This document shows, piece by piece, positions 1 to 9,265 of a stretch of DNA of 64,000 nt (the stretch's first letter is position 1; each line of letters starts with the position of its first letter). Origin of the DNA: Sulfurovaceae bacterium (lineage in GTDB: Bacteria; Campylobacterota; Campylobacteria; Campylobacterales; Sulfurovaceae); contig JADGDQ010000006.1 of assembly GCA_016744805.1 (NCBI GenBank), positions 105 through 64,104 on the forward strand, in the 5' to 3' direction. The notes below the pieces were generated by a model. That model did no database searches. It saw only the letters and a program-made list of their open reading frames with translations, and was not told the origin of the DNA. The translations under genes and the position numbers were made by a program.

Positions 1-1108
1 CAAAAAAAGCAATAGTCACAACCGTACTAAATATTCCTACTCTAAGTAGGAGTCTTGTATTTCCTTTTGCCATAAAAATAGAGCCATTAGTTGTACCAAT
101 AGATTGAATAATACCTACAGGAGCTAAAATCATAAGAATTTGAGCCAAACCAAGCCATTTATCACCAAATAAAACCGCCACTAATAAATCTGCTGTAGCC
201 ACCAATCCTGCCATAATAGGAAAGGAAACAAGAGCTATAAAAAATATAGTTTTAAGATAAACTCTTTTAAACTTTTCATTATCATTTTGTATTGTAGAAA
301 AAGCAGGAAAGAGTATACGCAAAAGGATTCGTGATATATTTTGGAGTGGATAGAGCATAATACTATATGCCAAACTATAGACTCCAAGAGCAGAAGAGTT
401 CAAAAACTTTCCAATCAAAAAGTTATCTGCATTTCTTGAAAAATAGTTTACAAAGTTAAAGGTAGATAAGTTTGCTGTATAGCCCCAAATTCTTTTAATG
501 TCATCTAAGGCAAAATGCCAAGAGGGTCGCCATTTGGCAACTATCCAAAGGGCAAGCACAGACAAAAGGCTTGTTACTAATGTTTGAGCCAAAAGGCTAT
601 AAACGCCTAAGCCATTAATAGCACAGATAATACCTGTACTTATACCTATAAAGATAGCCAAAGTCTCTATCATAGCCAACTCTCTAAATTCTAATGCCTT
701 TTCATAACGGGCTTTTTGCACCACACCAAAACTTATAATAATAAAGTTTACAGAGATAAGCTGTAATAGAAATTCAAGGGCTGGATTAGCAAAAAATAGA
801 GCAATAGAACTTGCGGATAGCACCAAAAGCACTGCAAGAAAAAGACCTAAAAAGATATTAAAAAAGAAGACACTAGAGAGAAGTTTTTGGCTAGGTTGGT
901 CTATATGAATAAGTGCAGAGGCTGTTCCCATATCGGTAAACATTGCCAAAAAACTTACAAATATCATAAGTAAGGCAAAAAGACCAAAATCATCAGGAGA
1001 GAGGAGTCGAGCAAAAATTACTAGACTTAAAACCTGTAACACTTGCTTAAATACATTTGCAAAAGCTACCCACTTCGTACCTGTTAGTACTTTGGCTTTG
1101 AGTGACAT
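1..1108 (-). CDS. Polysaccharide flippase, Wzx/MOP-superfamily-like (partial; C-terminus lies beyond the window start)
   Basis: The reverse-strand frame is open from the ATG at 1108 to the window edge. My translation, MSLKAKVLTGTKWVAFANVFKQVLQVLSLVIFARLLSPDDFGLFALLMIF..., is polytopic and hydrophobic throughout and resembles Wzx-type polysaccharide biosynthesis proteins. Its ATG directly abuts the stop of the upstream GT2 gene. It is missing from the ORF track because it has no in-window stop. Confidence 0.65.
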   Translation of the reverse strand, partial: MSLKAKVLTGTKWVAFANVFKQVLQVLSLVIFARLLSPDDFGLFALLMIFVSFLAMFTDMGTASALIHIDQPSQKLLSSVFFFNIFLGLFLAVLLVLSASSIALFFANPALEFLLQLISVNFIIISFGVVQKARYEKALEFRELAMIETLAIFIGISTGIICAINGLGVYSLLAQTLVTSLLSVLALWIVAKWRPSWHFALDDIKRIWGYTANLSTFNFVNYFSRNADNFLIGKFLNSSALGVYSLAYSIMLYPLQNISRILLRILFPAFSTIQNDNEKFKRVYLKTIFFIALVSFPIMAGLVATADLLVAVLFGDKWLGLAQILMILAPVGIIQSIGTTNGSIFMAKGNTRLLLRVGIFSTVVTIAFF

Positions 1109-2029
1109 CTATGAAGAACGAACTCTGCTGATAAGTTTACGAACTATTTTACTTTTAAGTCTCCATGGCTGTGCAAGAAGATTTTTTTTGAGGATATTCC
1201 AAATAGGTTTTTTATATCTACTATCTTGTGCTAAGGAGTAGTAGCAGTAATATGGTTTTTCTTTATGCTGTGTAGAGACTCTTAACAGATTTTCTATCTC
1301 TTCATGTGCTGTATTTTTGATAAAATGAAGATACGCATTATCATAAGCTTCTAAAAACTCTTTGATTTTAGTATCCGTGGTCATTGTAGATGCACCTTTG
1401 CGAATAAATATCATCTCATCCATCATCTCAAACCTAAATCCATTGAGTGCCAAATGTAACATTGTAGTAATATCTGAAGGTGCTAGCATAATATCTACAT
1501 GCATAAATCCTCCAAACTCCAAAAGAGACTCTCTACTATAACAAGTCCCTGATGGTGTAAGCCCTCCATGCATAGGAAGCATCACTGCATATTCACCTAC
1601 AATAAGTTCATTGGTATTAAATCCTGCTTTTTGTAATTGTAAGCCATAATCTCTAAAGAGACTATGCCCCCAAAGAAGATATTTTTTGGGATAATTTCTC
1701 TCTTTTAATTTCTGTGCTATTGTCTCTATAGCATGGGGTTCTAAAGCATCATCAGCATGACAAAAAACAACATAATCTCCCAAAGCATTATTAAGACAAA
1801 CATTATGATTTGCAATCAAAGGCACTCTAGTAGTAAGTGTTTTAATGCGTATTTTTGGGTCATTATAGCTAGCCAAAATCTGAGGGATACTATCTTCACT
1901 TGCATCATCTACAATAAGAATTTCATAATTGGTAACAGTATCTTGATTAAGACAAGAGTCGATAGTTTTTCGTATAGTCTTTTCATTATTATATACAGGA
2001 ATAGCTATAGTAATAAGAGGGTTTGTCAT
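1109..2029 (-). CDS. Family 2 glycosyltransferase
   Basis: The N-terminus ITIAIPVYNNEKTIRKTIDSCLNQD...YEILIVDDASEDS is the classic GT-A/GT2 signature. The gene is coupled to the flippase gene downstream. Confidence 0.8.
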   Translation of the reverse strand: MTNPLITIAIPVYNNEKTIRKTIDSCLNQDTVTNYEILIVDDASEDSIPQILASYNDPKIRIKTLTTRVPLIANHNVCLNNALGDYVVFCHADDALEPHAIETIAQKLKERNYPKKYLLWGHSLFRDYGLQLQKAGFNTNELIVGEYAVMLPMHGGLTPSGTCYSRESLLEFGGFMHVDIMLAPSDITTMLHLALNGFRFEMMDEMIFIRKGASTMTTDTKIKEFLEAYDNAYLHFIKNTAHEEIENLLRVSTQHKEKPYYCYYSLAQDSRYKKPIWNILKKNLLAQPWRLKSKIVRKLISRVRSS

Positions 2030-2099
2030 GTTTTAAAAATCTCCATTAATTTGAAGATATTATATCAAACTTAGCTCAAATTACTATTAATTTTCTTCT

Positions 2100-3410
2100 C
2101 TATTGGCTCAATGCATCTATCATAGCAAAAGCACTCTCTACACTTTCTGCTGTTTGTGTTACCCCACTCATTACACTTTTTGCATCTGTTACGCTATTTA
2201 AAGAGCTATTTGCAAAGTGTTCTCCTACACTCTTTTTATTTTCCAAAATAACATCATCATCATCTTTGGCTCCGTTCATTACGGCTAAGATAAAGTATGA
2301 TTGAGAGATAGACCCACTCTCTAGCTCTTCTACCCAATAGGCTAAGCCTTCACTATCTGGCTCTCTATTAAAAAGATTTTGGTAGACAAGTGTCACAAAC
2401 TCCTCTACACTCTTATCATCAGGATACAAAGCCTGTGTCTCTGGCTGTTGGAAAAAGCTCTGGGCAATGCTCTCTATAGGTAATTCTGATTCTAACCAAT
2501 AGGAAATTCCTGCACTATCAGGAGCTCTATTAAATGTAGCTACATAGAGTTTGGTTATTGTGGATACGGTTGTAATTGTTTGAGGAACATAATAACTATT
2601 TTTAGTTGTTAGCTCTCCTGTATAAGAGACAATCCAATCATAATAATTTTGAACTTTTGTATAAACACCTGCTTTTCCTACTTCTGCACACTGATCACCC
2701 CAGCTTACTACACCTATTAAATTACTTTGAGTGTTTTCATAACTAATCAAAGGACCTCCACTATCTCCTTGACAAGAATCTTTGCCTCCTTCTAGGTATC
2801 CAGCACAAAACATATTTTCTGTTAAAACACCATCAAATCCATCATTACATAAATTATAATCTACAATAGGTACTTTTACCTCATTGAGTCTATCAGGATA
2901 AGAAGCTTCTAAATTACTATCGGCTACCAAATTCCCCCAGCCAGCTACAAATGCTACTTTTCCTGTGTCTAGTGCTATATTAGATGCAATAGTTGGGAAA
3001 TATTCTATACTTGTATTATTTGTAGAGAGTTCAATAAGTGCTATATCATTATCAGTTGTAGAGGGATCATAATTTGGGTTTGATATAATTTGCTTGACCG
3101 TATAGGTTTCTATTTCTTGGTTCGAAAGGGTATAGTTTCCTAATTTTACCTTCATATCCATACTTCCAGCCATCAACTTACCATAATCATCTATAACACA
3201 ATGTGACGCAGTAAGTACCCAGCTAGGAGCAATAAGCGTACCTCCACAACTTGCTTCACCATCTTCTGATAAAGAGACAATAAAGTTCCAACGAGTACTA
3301 GCATCTGCCACCTCAGAGCCATTTATAATTCTTGTATTATGTTCTGCAAAAAGTACAACAGCACTCAAAGATAAACTTATAAAAGAGTATTTTAAAATTC
3401 TTATAAACAT
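2100..3410 (-). CDS. Secreted trypsin-like (S1) serine protease with C-terminal DUF4214 repeats
   Basis: There is a signal peptide and an IINGSE mature start. The catalytic triad contexts are LTASHC (His), DNDIALIEL (Asp) and GDSGGPL (Ser). The C-terminal roughly 150 aa carry two DUF4214-like units: ATFNRAPDSAGISYWLESE and LFNREPDSEGLAYWVEELESG. Confidence 0.85.
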   Translation of the reverse strand: MFIRILKYSFISLSLSAVVLFAEHNTRIINGSEVADASTRWNFIVSLSEDGEASCGGTLIAPSWVLTASHCVIDDYGKLMAGSMDMKVKLGNYTLSNQEIETYTVKQIISNPNYDPSTTDNDIALIELSTNNTSIEYFPTIASNIALDTGKVAFVAGWGNLVADSNLEASYPDRLNEVKVPIVDYNLCNDGFDGVLTENMFCAGYLEGGKDSCQGDSGGPLISYENTQSNLIGVVSWGDQCAEVGKAGVYTKVQNYYDWIVSYTGELTTKNSYYVPQTITTVSTITKLYVATFNRAPDSAGISYWLESELPIESIAQSFFQQPETQALYPDDKSVEEFVTLVYQNLFNREPDSEGLAYWVEELESGSISQSYFILAVMNGAKDDDDVILENKKSVGEHFANSSLNSVTDAKSVMSGVTQTAESVESAFAMIDALSQ

Positions 3411-3452
3411 GATAATCCTTTTTAATTAGTTAATTAAAATTATATCACTTTT

Positions 3453-5114
3453 TTATACTTTTTTTTGTATCCGAACCTTTTTTGGGTCAAAAAGATTGAT
3501 AATCTCTTTTATCATTGGCTCTTGTAACATATCTGTTGGCTCCTTCTCTTTGGATGCTTCACTATCTCCCACTAGAGGAGATACACAACTATTTGGCATC
3601 TCTATATCTTCTATCATAGAGCTAGTATCTGCAAATGAATCAAATGAATCAAATTCACTATCATCAATTATATCTTCTATCATAGGTTCTGTATCAATAG
3701 GTGTTTGTTCTACCTCTGCTACTTGTGAAATATTAATAATTTTAGTATCTATACCAAAACTATCTTGTACAAAATGTTTAATAATTGCCCAATGTGTAAT
3801 AAGAGATTTTTTATCTTTCTCTTTAGCCGTAGAGACCCATGTGAGTTTATTATCTTGATAATTTTCAAAAGTAATATTTCTTTCAAAACACGCCCCTAAG
3901 TCATAATCTCTATCATAGATTTTCTTAATAAGTTTTTCAAATATAATAAAATACTCATCAACCAAAGGTTTTTCAGGAGTAGGTCTAATAATTACTTTTT
4001 CAGGGGGCTTCTCTTCTATAGCAATAGGCTCTTTTTGTGGTATGCTAATACCTTTTAGCTCTTTTTCTAAAACTTTAATCATACTATCAATATCTTTGAT
4101 CTCCAAAGACTCCATCATCTTAAAAAGAGCCAAAGAGAGAATAAACTCTCCATCTCCACCCAAACTAAGAAGAGACTTTGACTCTGCAAGAACACGGAAA
4201 AATCGTTCAATAATCATAGGTGCTACTTTTGGATTTTGAGAAAGTAGAATATCTTTAAGAAATAATATAAGCTCATCAAGAATCATCTCTGTCTCATAAT
4301 CACTCGCCATCTTTACAAAACTAAGTATTTGTGTTGTATCTTTTCTCATTATATTATCAATAAGATTTTCTAGTAGATTTGGTTCTATAATTCCTAGCAT
4401 ACTTGTAATAGTTTGTGTATCCACATGGTTTTTAGAATATACTATTGCTTGGTCAAGAAGTGTAAGAGCATCTCTTAGACTTCCTGCTCCACTTCGTGCT
4501 AAAATATCCAAAGCTTCTCTCTCATAACTTACTCTCTCTTTATTAAGTATATGCTCTAGGTGTTGGAGTATAAGCTTTTGGGCTATTTTTTTAAACCTAA
4601 AGTGCTGTGTCCGCGAGAGAATTGTAGCAGGAAGCTTAAGAGGGTCTGTAGTAGCAAGTATAAATTTTACAAACTCTGGAGGTTCTTCAAGTGTTTTAAG
4701 CAGAGCATTAAAGGCTTGAGGGGTGAGCATGTGGACTTCATCAATAATAAAAATTTTATATCTTGCCGAGCTTGGTTTATATTTGGTATGTTCAATAAGG
4801 TCTTTAATATCATCAATTCCACGGTTACTTGCTGCATCCATCTCAATAATATCCATATGTCTGCTCTCGTTTGCCATCAAGCAGTTAGCACATATATCAC
4901 AAGGGTGAGAACTCTCTCCTTTTTCGCAAAGCAGTGCTTTAGCAAAGATTCTAGCAGTAGAAGTTTTTCCACTTCCACGCAGACCAGAAAAAAGATACGC
5001 ATGGGATAATCTATGGCTATCAAGCGCTTGAATAAGTGTTTGTGAGACCGTATCTTGACCGACAAGATCATCAAATGAGCTAGGACGATATTTTCTTGCT
5101 AGGGCTAATGACAC
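3453..5114 (-). CDS. dnaX: DNA polymerase III subunit gamma/tau
   Basis: Motifs seen are ARKYRPSSFDDLVGQ, Walker A GLRGSGKTS, a Zn module CDICANC, Walker B IFIIDEVHML and sensor SRTQHFRF. Confidence 0.95.
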   Translation of the reverse strand: MSLALARKYRPSSFDDLVGQDTVSQTLIQALDSHRLSHAYLFSGLRGSGKTSTARIFAKALLCEKGESSHPCDICANCLMANESRHMDIIEMDAASNRGIDDIKDLIEHTKYKPSSARYKIFIIDEVHMLTPQAFNALLKTLEEPPEFVKFILATTDPLKLPATILSRTQHFRFKKIAQKLILQHLEHILNKERVSYEREALDILARSGAGSLRDALTLLDQAIVYSKNHVDTQTITSMLGIIEPNLLENLIDNIMRKDTTQILSFVKMASDYETEMILDELILFLKDILLSQNPKVAPMIIERFFRVLAESKSLLSLGGDGEFILSLALFKMMESLEIKDIDSMIKVLEKELKGISIPQKEPIAIEEKPPEKVIIRPTPEKPLVDEYFIIFEKLIKKIYDRDYDLGACFERNITFENYQDNKLTWVSTAKEKDKKSLITHWAIIKHFVQDSFGIDTKIINISQVAEVEQTPIDTEPMIEDIIDDSEFDSFDSFADTSSMIEDIEMPNSCVSPLVGDSEASKEKEPTDMLQEPMIKEIINLFDPKKVRIQKKV

Positions 5115-5180
5115 AGTAACTCCTTAGGGGATTAATATATTTTAAATTGTAGTTAATTTTTACTCTAAACACGCAAAGAG

Positions 5181-5873
5181 TTACCACTCCTCTTCGCCCA
5201 TAAGAATCTCTTGATTTGTGCGTCTTGGTTTTTTGACACTCTTAGTACTCTTGCTCTCGTTCGTATCCCAAAACTTGATACTACTCCATAGAGAACTTTC
5301 ATTTTTATCACTGATAGTATCATCTATTTGTACAGAACTATTATCATCTTTATCCCATAAACTAATACTACTCCAAATAGAGTCACTATCACTTTGAGTC
5401 TCTTCTTGTTCTTCAGACTCTTTTGTTAGATTCTCTTCTTCTTTATCCCATAAGTCTGACCAGTACCATATTGAAGTTTTATTTTCATCTAAAGTCTCTT
5501 CACTTTGCTCTGGCATATCTGTTTGCTCACTCCAAAAATTACCCAAACTCCATATTATAGACTCTTCTTCTTTCTCTAATGGAGTTACTTTTAAAGTGCT
5601 TAATCTATTTTTTGCATAAAGATTTCCACGATTAGATGCTTTTTGATACCAATACAGAGCAGTCATGGTATTAACCTCTGTTCCTATACCCTTTTCATAC
5701 ATTATTGCTAATTCAAGATACGCATTCGTATTATGTTTTCTAGCAGAGACATAAAAGTATTTTAGAGCCTTAAAATACTCTTCATTTTGATATGATTTGC
5801 GACCTTTATTATACGCCGTATCAGCAAACAAAACTATACTAAACAGAATAAACACAAGGAGAGATTTTTTCAT
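5181..5873 (-). CDS. Secreted Sel1-repeat protein with an acidic Trp-rich repeat tail
   Basis: There is a signal peptide and Sel1-like repeats (AYLELAIMYEKGIGTEVNTMTALYWYQKASNRGN). The C-terminal half is very acidic and carries four SxW-x4-(L/F)W units. Confidence 0.7.
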   Translation of the reverse strand: MKKSLLVFILFSIVLFADTAYNKGRKSYQNEEYFKALKYFYVSARKHNTNAYLELAIMYEKGIGTEVNTMTALYWYQKASNRGNLYAKNRLSTLKVTPLEKEEESIIWSLGNFWSEQTDMPEQSEETLDENKTSIWYWSDLWDKEEENLTKESEEQEETQSDSDSIWSSISLWDKDDNSSVQIDDTISDKNESSLWSSIKFWDTNESKSTKSVKKPRRTNQEILMGEEEW

Positions 5874-5978
5874 TGAAGAGACCTTTTGAATAGAAATCGT
5901 ATTATAGGAGATTGTCCAAAAGATGTCAAGGATAAAAGTATTATAAAACTACCTTTAATCCCAACTCTTGTATAAACT

Positions 5979-6365
5979 TTATACTATACGCTCTTCAAAA
6001 GATGGATCTTGCATCACATGGTCTATCTCATTATTTTTATCAAGAACAATAACTTTAGGTTCAATTTTTTGAGCCTCTTCAGGGGTCATTTGTGCATAAG
6101 TTATAACAATAACAAGATCCCCTACCTGTACTTTTCTAGCTGCTGCACCATTGATACAAACTATTCCAGAACCTCTCTCACCTCTAATTGTATAAGTTTC
6201 AAAACGCTCTCCATTATTAATATCTACTACTTGCACTTTTTCATGGACTAAGATATTAGCAGCATCAAGCAAATCCTCATCAATAGTAATACTCCCCTTA
6301 TAATTAAGATTAGCTTCTGTTACAGTTGCACAGTGAATTTTTGACTTAAACATCTCTAATAACAT
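5979..6365 (-). CDS. panD: Aspartate 1-decarboxylase proenzyme
   Basis: [29 protein letters not shown] contains the G-S self-cleavage site, and both the size (128 aa) and the overall sequence are typical of PanD. Confidence 0.92.
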   Translation of the reverse strand: MLLEMFKSKIHCATVTEANLNYKGSITIDEDLLDAANILVHEKVQVVDINNGERFETYTIRGERGSGIVCINGAAARKVQVGDLVIVITYAQMTPEEAQKIEPKVIVLDKNNEIDHVMQDPSFEERIV

Positions 6366-6583
6366 TTTATATATTTCCTCGAATTAAATTTATATAAAAT
6401 TCTATCAGTTTAAGCACAAAAATAGATAAAAATAACTATTTTGATTATTGATGGTCAGATTGATGGTTAGATTATTGTAAGAAGTTTCCCAATATTTTTT
6501 ATAATTGAAAATTTTATACAAACCCCAAGTCTCTCTTTCGAGAGTGAAAACAAGGAGGGTTTTGGGATTTATATAAGCGGTTT

Positions 6584-7696
6584 TTAGAATTTATAAGTAA
6601 GGATTAGCTCTAATGCTCCTTCCGCACCATCATCTGTTGTTGTATCATATTCGGTACTTGTATAGATGGCATCAACACCAAGAGAATCAGTGATTGCATA
6701 GCCCAAAATAACATCTACTTCGTTTGCTGTATCATAATCAGCATAACTTAGAGTTGCTGTAAATGCGTCAAGCTCTGTAGCTGCTTCTACTTTGAATGAA
6801 TCTGTCATGATTTGTGAAGCAAAGATATTCCAACTGCTTGTATATACACTATCAACTTCAACCATACCAGCTTCTCTATCTTCTACAGTTGCATACGCAG
6901 CAGAGAGAGTTACGCTAGAGAAAGTTCCTGATGCTTTGATACCATATACCAAAGAGTCTTCACCCTCATCATCATAATCAGTTGTAATAACTTGACCCTC
7001 TAGTGTTACACCAGAAAATTCATAACCAGCATCTGCATATACTTGTGTATAATTACCAGCATCTACATTATAGTACCATATACTCGCACTAAATGCGTCA
7101 CTATAAGCAGCACCAAATGTATAGTTATCACCATCAAGGTTAATAAATTTGTCACCAGAGTTATTTGGTCTTACTTTTGTAACATACGACCCAACAAGTG
7201 TAAGGTTATTAACAGATTTATTTACCAAAGTATATGCTTCAAATCCTGATGGTGCAAGCAACCAGTCAAAACTACCAAGCATAGGTGTATCAAGAAGCTG
7301 ACGACCTGCTACCAAAGTAGTATCTGCGAAAGTTGCAGTAAGGTTTGCTACATTAAAAAATGCACCAGTCTTCTCACCTTCCATTTTGAGTTCACCAACA
7401 CTATCACCAGCATCTGTAAATCCAAGAGCTGTAAAGTTAGCAGTTACACCTGAGAATATCTCGTGAGATACATCCAAAGTAATCGCTTCAGCAGCAGAAG
7501 AACTCGCTTCGTCAAAAAGGTCTACAGAGTCATTTGTATAGTAGTATAATTTTGCATTACCACTAATAGTTGTTTTAGAAACCTCTTCTACTTTTGGTAC
7601 TTCTACAGTATCTACTACTACTGGTTTAATATCTCCACCAGCCATTGCACTACTTAGAGCAAGAGTTGTTACTAAACTAATTGTTATTGCTTTCAT
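6584..7696 (-). CDS. Outer-membrane porin, Campylobacter MOMP-like
   Basis: There is a signal peptide. The sequence has an alternating beta-strand pattern rich in Y/T/D/G/A and ends in YKF, the aromatic C-terminus typical of beta-barrel OMPs. Assignment to the MOMP family is by resemblance only. Confidence 0.55.
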   Translation of the reverse strand: MKAITISLVTTLALSSAMAGGDIKPVVVDTVEVPKVEEVSKTTISGNAKLYYYTNDSVDLFDEASSSAAEAITLDVSHEIFSGVTANFTALGFTDAGDSVGELKMEGEKTGAFFNVANLTATFADTTLVAGRQLLDTPMLGSFDWLLAPSGFEAYTLVNKSVNNLTLVGSYVTKVRPNNSGDKFINLDGDNYTFGAAYSDAFSASIWYYNVDAGNYTQVYADAGYEFSGVTLEGQVITTDYDDEGEDSLVYGIKASGTFSSVTLSAAYATVEDREAGMVEVDSVYTSSWNIFASQIMTDSFKVEAATELDAFTATLSYADYDTANEVDVILGYAITDSLGVDAIYTSTEYDTTTDDGAEGALELILTYKF

Positions 7697-7784
7697 AAAC
7701 TTTCCTTATATTTTACGCTTTGTCCAAAACGATTGATAAAAAAAGTATACAATAAGTAAACAGATAGTTAATAACATTAACTGA

Positions 7785-8300
7785 TTAATTTTTAGGCAAT
7801 TGCTCCAAAAGAGACTTTTTTACAAAGGGATCATGCAAATTTTTGCCTTGGAGCATCAATATTCTCATCTCTTGATACTCTATTAATCCCTCTGCTTTGT
7901 TTTGATACCCAGCAAATCCATAGCCCATAGGTGATGAGGCTACGCGTGTATACCATGCCTTAGTTGCATCTACCCACTCTTTGGTATCCAATGTTTTAGT
8001 CAAAAGTGTAGGATTAGGAAGTTTATGCGTCTCCAACCATAACACAACACAGCCAATATCATCAAAAAAGTAAGTGACACCATCTTCTCTGACTATCTCT
8101 GCCATATACTCTAACGCTTCCACATCCATATTACACTCAGAGCATTGGTACTCTTTTGGCTGAATCTCTATAGGTTTATGGTCACTATTGCCTCGTTTGA
8201 TAAACTTAGGACCATCCTGATTTGCCAAAGAGAAAAACAAAATCATCACCACAGCTCCACCCACAACAATACTCAAAAAAGAGATAAATAACTTTTTCAT
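7785..8300 (-). CDS. NosL-like metallochaperone-domain protein, membrane anchored
   Basis: There is an N-terminal TM helix, and CSECNMDVE...VTYFFDDIGCVVLW resembles the NosL CxxC(x)M and FDDxGC motifs. The gene overlaps its upstream neighbour by 4 nt. Confidence 0.55.
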   Translation of the reverse strand: MKKLFISFLSIVVGGAVVMILFFSLANQDGPKFIKRGNSDHKPIEIQPKEYQCSECNMDVEALEYMAEIVREDGVTYFFDDIGCVVLWLETHKLPNPTLLTKTLDTKEWVDATKAWYTRVASSPMGYGFAGYQNKAEGLIEYQEMRILMLQGKNLHDPFVKKSLLEQLPKN

Positions 8301-9265
8301 AACAAAACTCCATTTTTACTATAATAAACTACCACAAAGAGGCTACACAAAAGCACAAACAGACTCAATGCCCAAAGAGCAAAATTTCTAAGCCTCAAAG
8401 CATCTCTCTTCCATAACCATCTACTTATTGCATAATCAAGACTCATAAAGACCCCCACCAAAAGCAATCCCCACACCAAATACCCTATGAAATAGTACTC
8501 TTGTTGTAGCATACAAAAAGGACACTTATGTGTAGGTAACTCATAGATATAAGTGCCATAAAAATAGACTACACTATAGTAAGCAACAAACAAAAAGAGC
8601 AGACTCGTTACAATAATCCCTAGACTATTTTTGCTCCATAGCATCAGCACAAGCAAGACAAACAGAAGATAAAAGAGCAGAAGAAGCATAGGCGTATCTA
8701 ATCCCAAAAACAGAGCATTGCTCCCCCCCATCTGCCCAAAAATAACCGAACAGCAGGTCACAGGATTAGTTGTTTGGATATGAGTAAAGTAGAGTATATC
8801 CAGAGCAAACTCTATGCTAAGCAACATAAATATAAAGAGAAAAAACCAGAGCTTTCGTTTGGTATAAGGGTAGGCTTTTGCCTCCAAATCCAAACGATTG
8901 AGTGTCATCCAGAAACCACTCAAAAAAAGTATAATAATTTTGAGCAAAAGCAGAGGATTCCCATAGCCATTGGCTTTAATAATCCCAGCCCCACACATAG
9001 CCCCAGGGACAATATCAGAGAGTTGGTCAATAGTATAGACAAAATAGGGCAGAAGCAAAATCTTAAGAGCCATCACAAAAAAGACAATACTCATCACAAG
9101 ATAAGAGCGATTTTCTAACCGAAACTGCTCTTGCGTAAACGCATCAAAATTCCACCGCTTAATGAGTAGAGGAGTAATAATAAAAGCCACAAAAAGCAAC
9201 CCAAAAAGAAGACTCTCACTCAAAAGATAGACAATAACCTCTTGGCTTAGAAGCACTTCATTCAT
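8297..9265 (-). CDS. Polytopic Cys-rich membrane protein (unknown family)
   Basis: About 9 hydrophobic helices are visible, with Cys motifs GAMCGAG, VTCCSVIFG and HKCPFCM. The gene overlaps the ABC ATPase gene by 8 nt. Confidence 0.7.
   Translation of the reverse strand: MNEVLLSQEVIVYLLSESLLFGLLFVAFIITPLLIKRWNFDAFTQEQFRLENRSYLVMSIVFFVMALKILLLPYFVYTIDQLSDIVPGAMCGAGIIKANGYGNPLLLLKIIILFLSGFWMTLNRLDLEAKAYPYTKRKLWFFLFIFMLLSIEFALDILYFTHIQTTNPVTCCSVIFGQMGGSNALFLGLDTPMLLLLFYLLFVLLVLMLWSKNSLGIIVTSLLFLFVAYYSVVYFYGTYIYELPTHKCPFCMLQQEYYFIGYLVWGLLLVGVFMSLDYAISRWLWKRDALRLRNFALWALSLFVLLCSLFVVVYYSKNGVLL

Noticed and set aside
1757-2074. A plus-strand 105-aa ORF antisense to the GT2 gene. Similar shadow ORFs occur at 3496-3858, 4560-5009, 6009-6251, 8774-9118, 9292-9693, 25574-25897, 31995-32324, 47051-47443, 52675-53025, 54605-54859 and 61043-61991.
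   Set aside because: Each lies entirely inside and opposite to a long ORF with clear family motifs. Their translations are low-complexity or Cys/Ser/Ile-rich with no recognisable motifs or RBS. These are typical antisense frames in AT-rich DNA.
3477-3483. An A-AAA-AAG heptamer, in-frame as in the E. coli dnaX programmed -1 frameshift site.
   Set aside because: It lies only about 9 codons before the dnaX stop, so it cannot generate a shortened gamma subunit. It is probably a coincidental Lys-Lys codon run.
8723-8729. A C7 run (G7 on the coding strand, encoding GG) inside the Cys-rich membrane protein gene.
   Set aside because: It is shorter than tracts generally considered hypermutable. I note it only as a secondary candidate relative to the G8 tract at 61122-61129.
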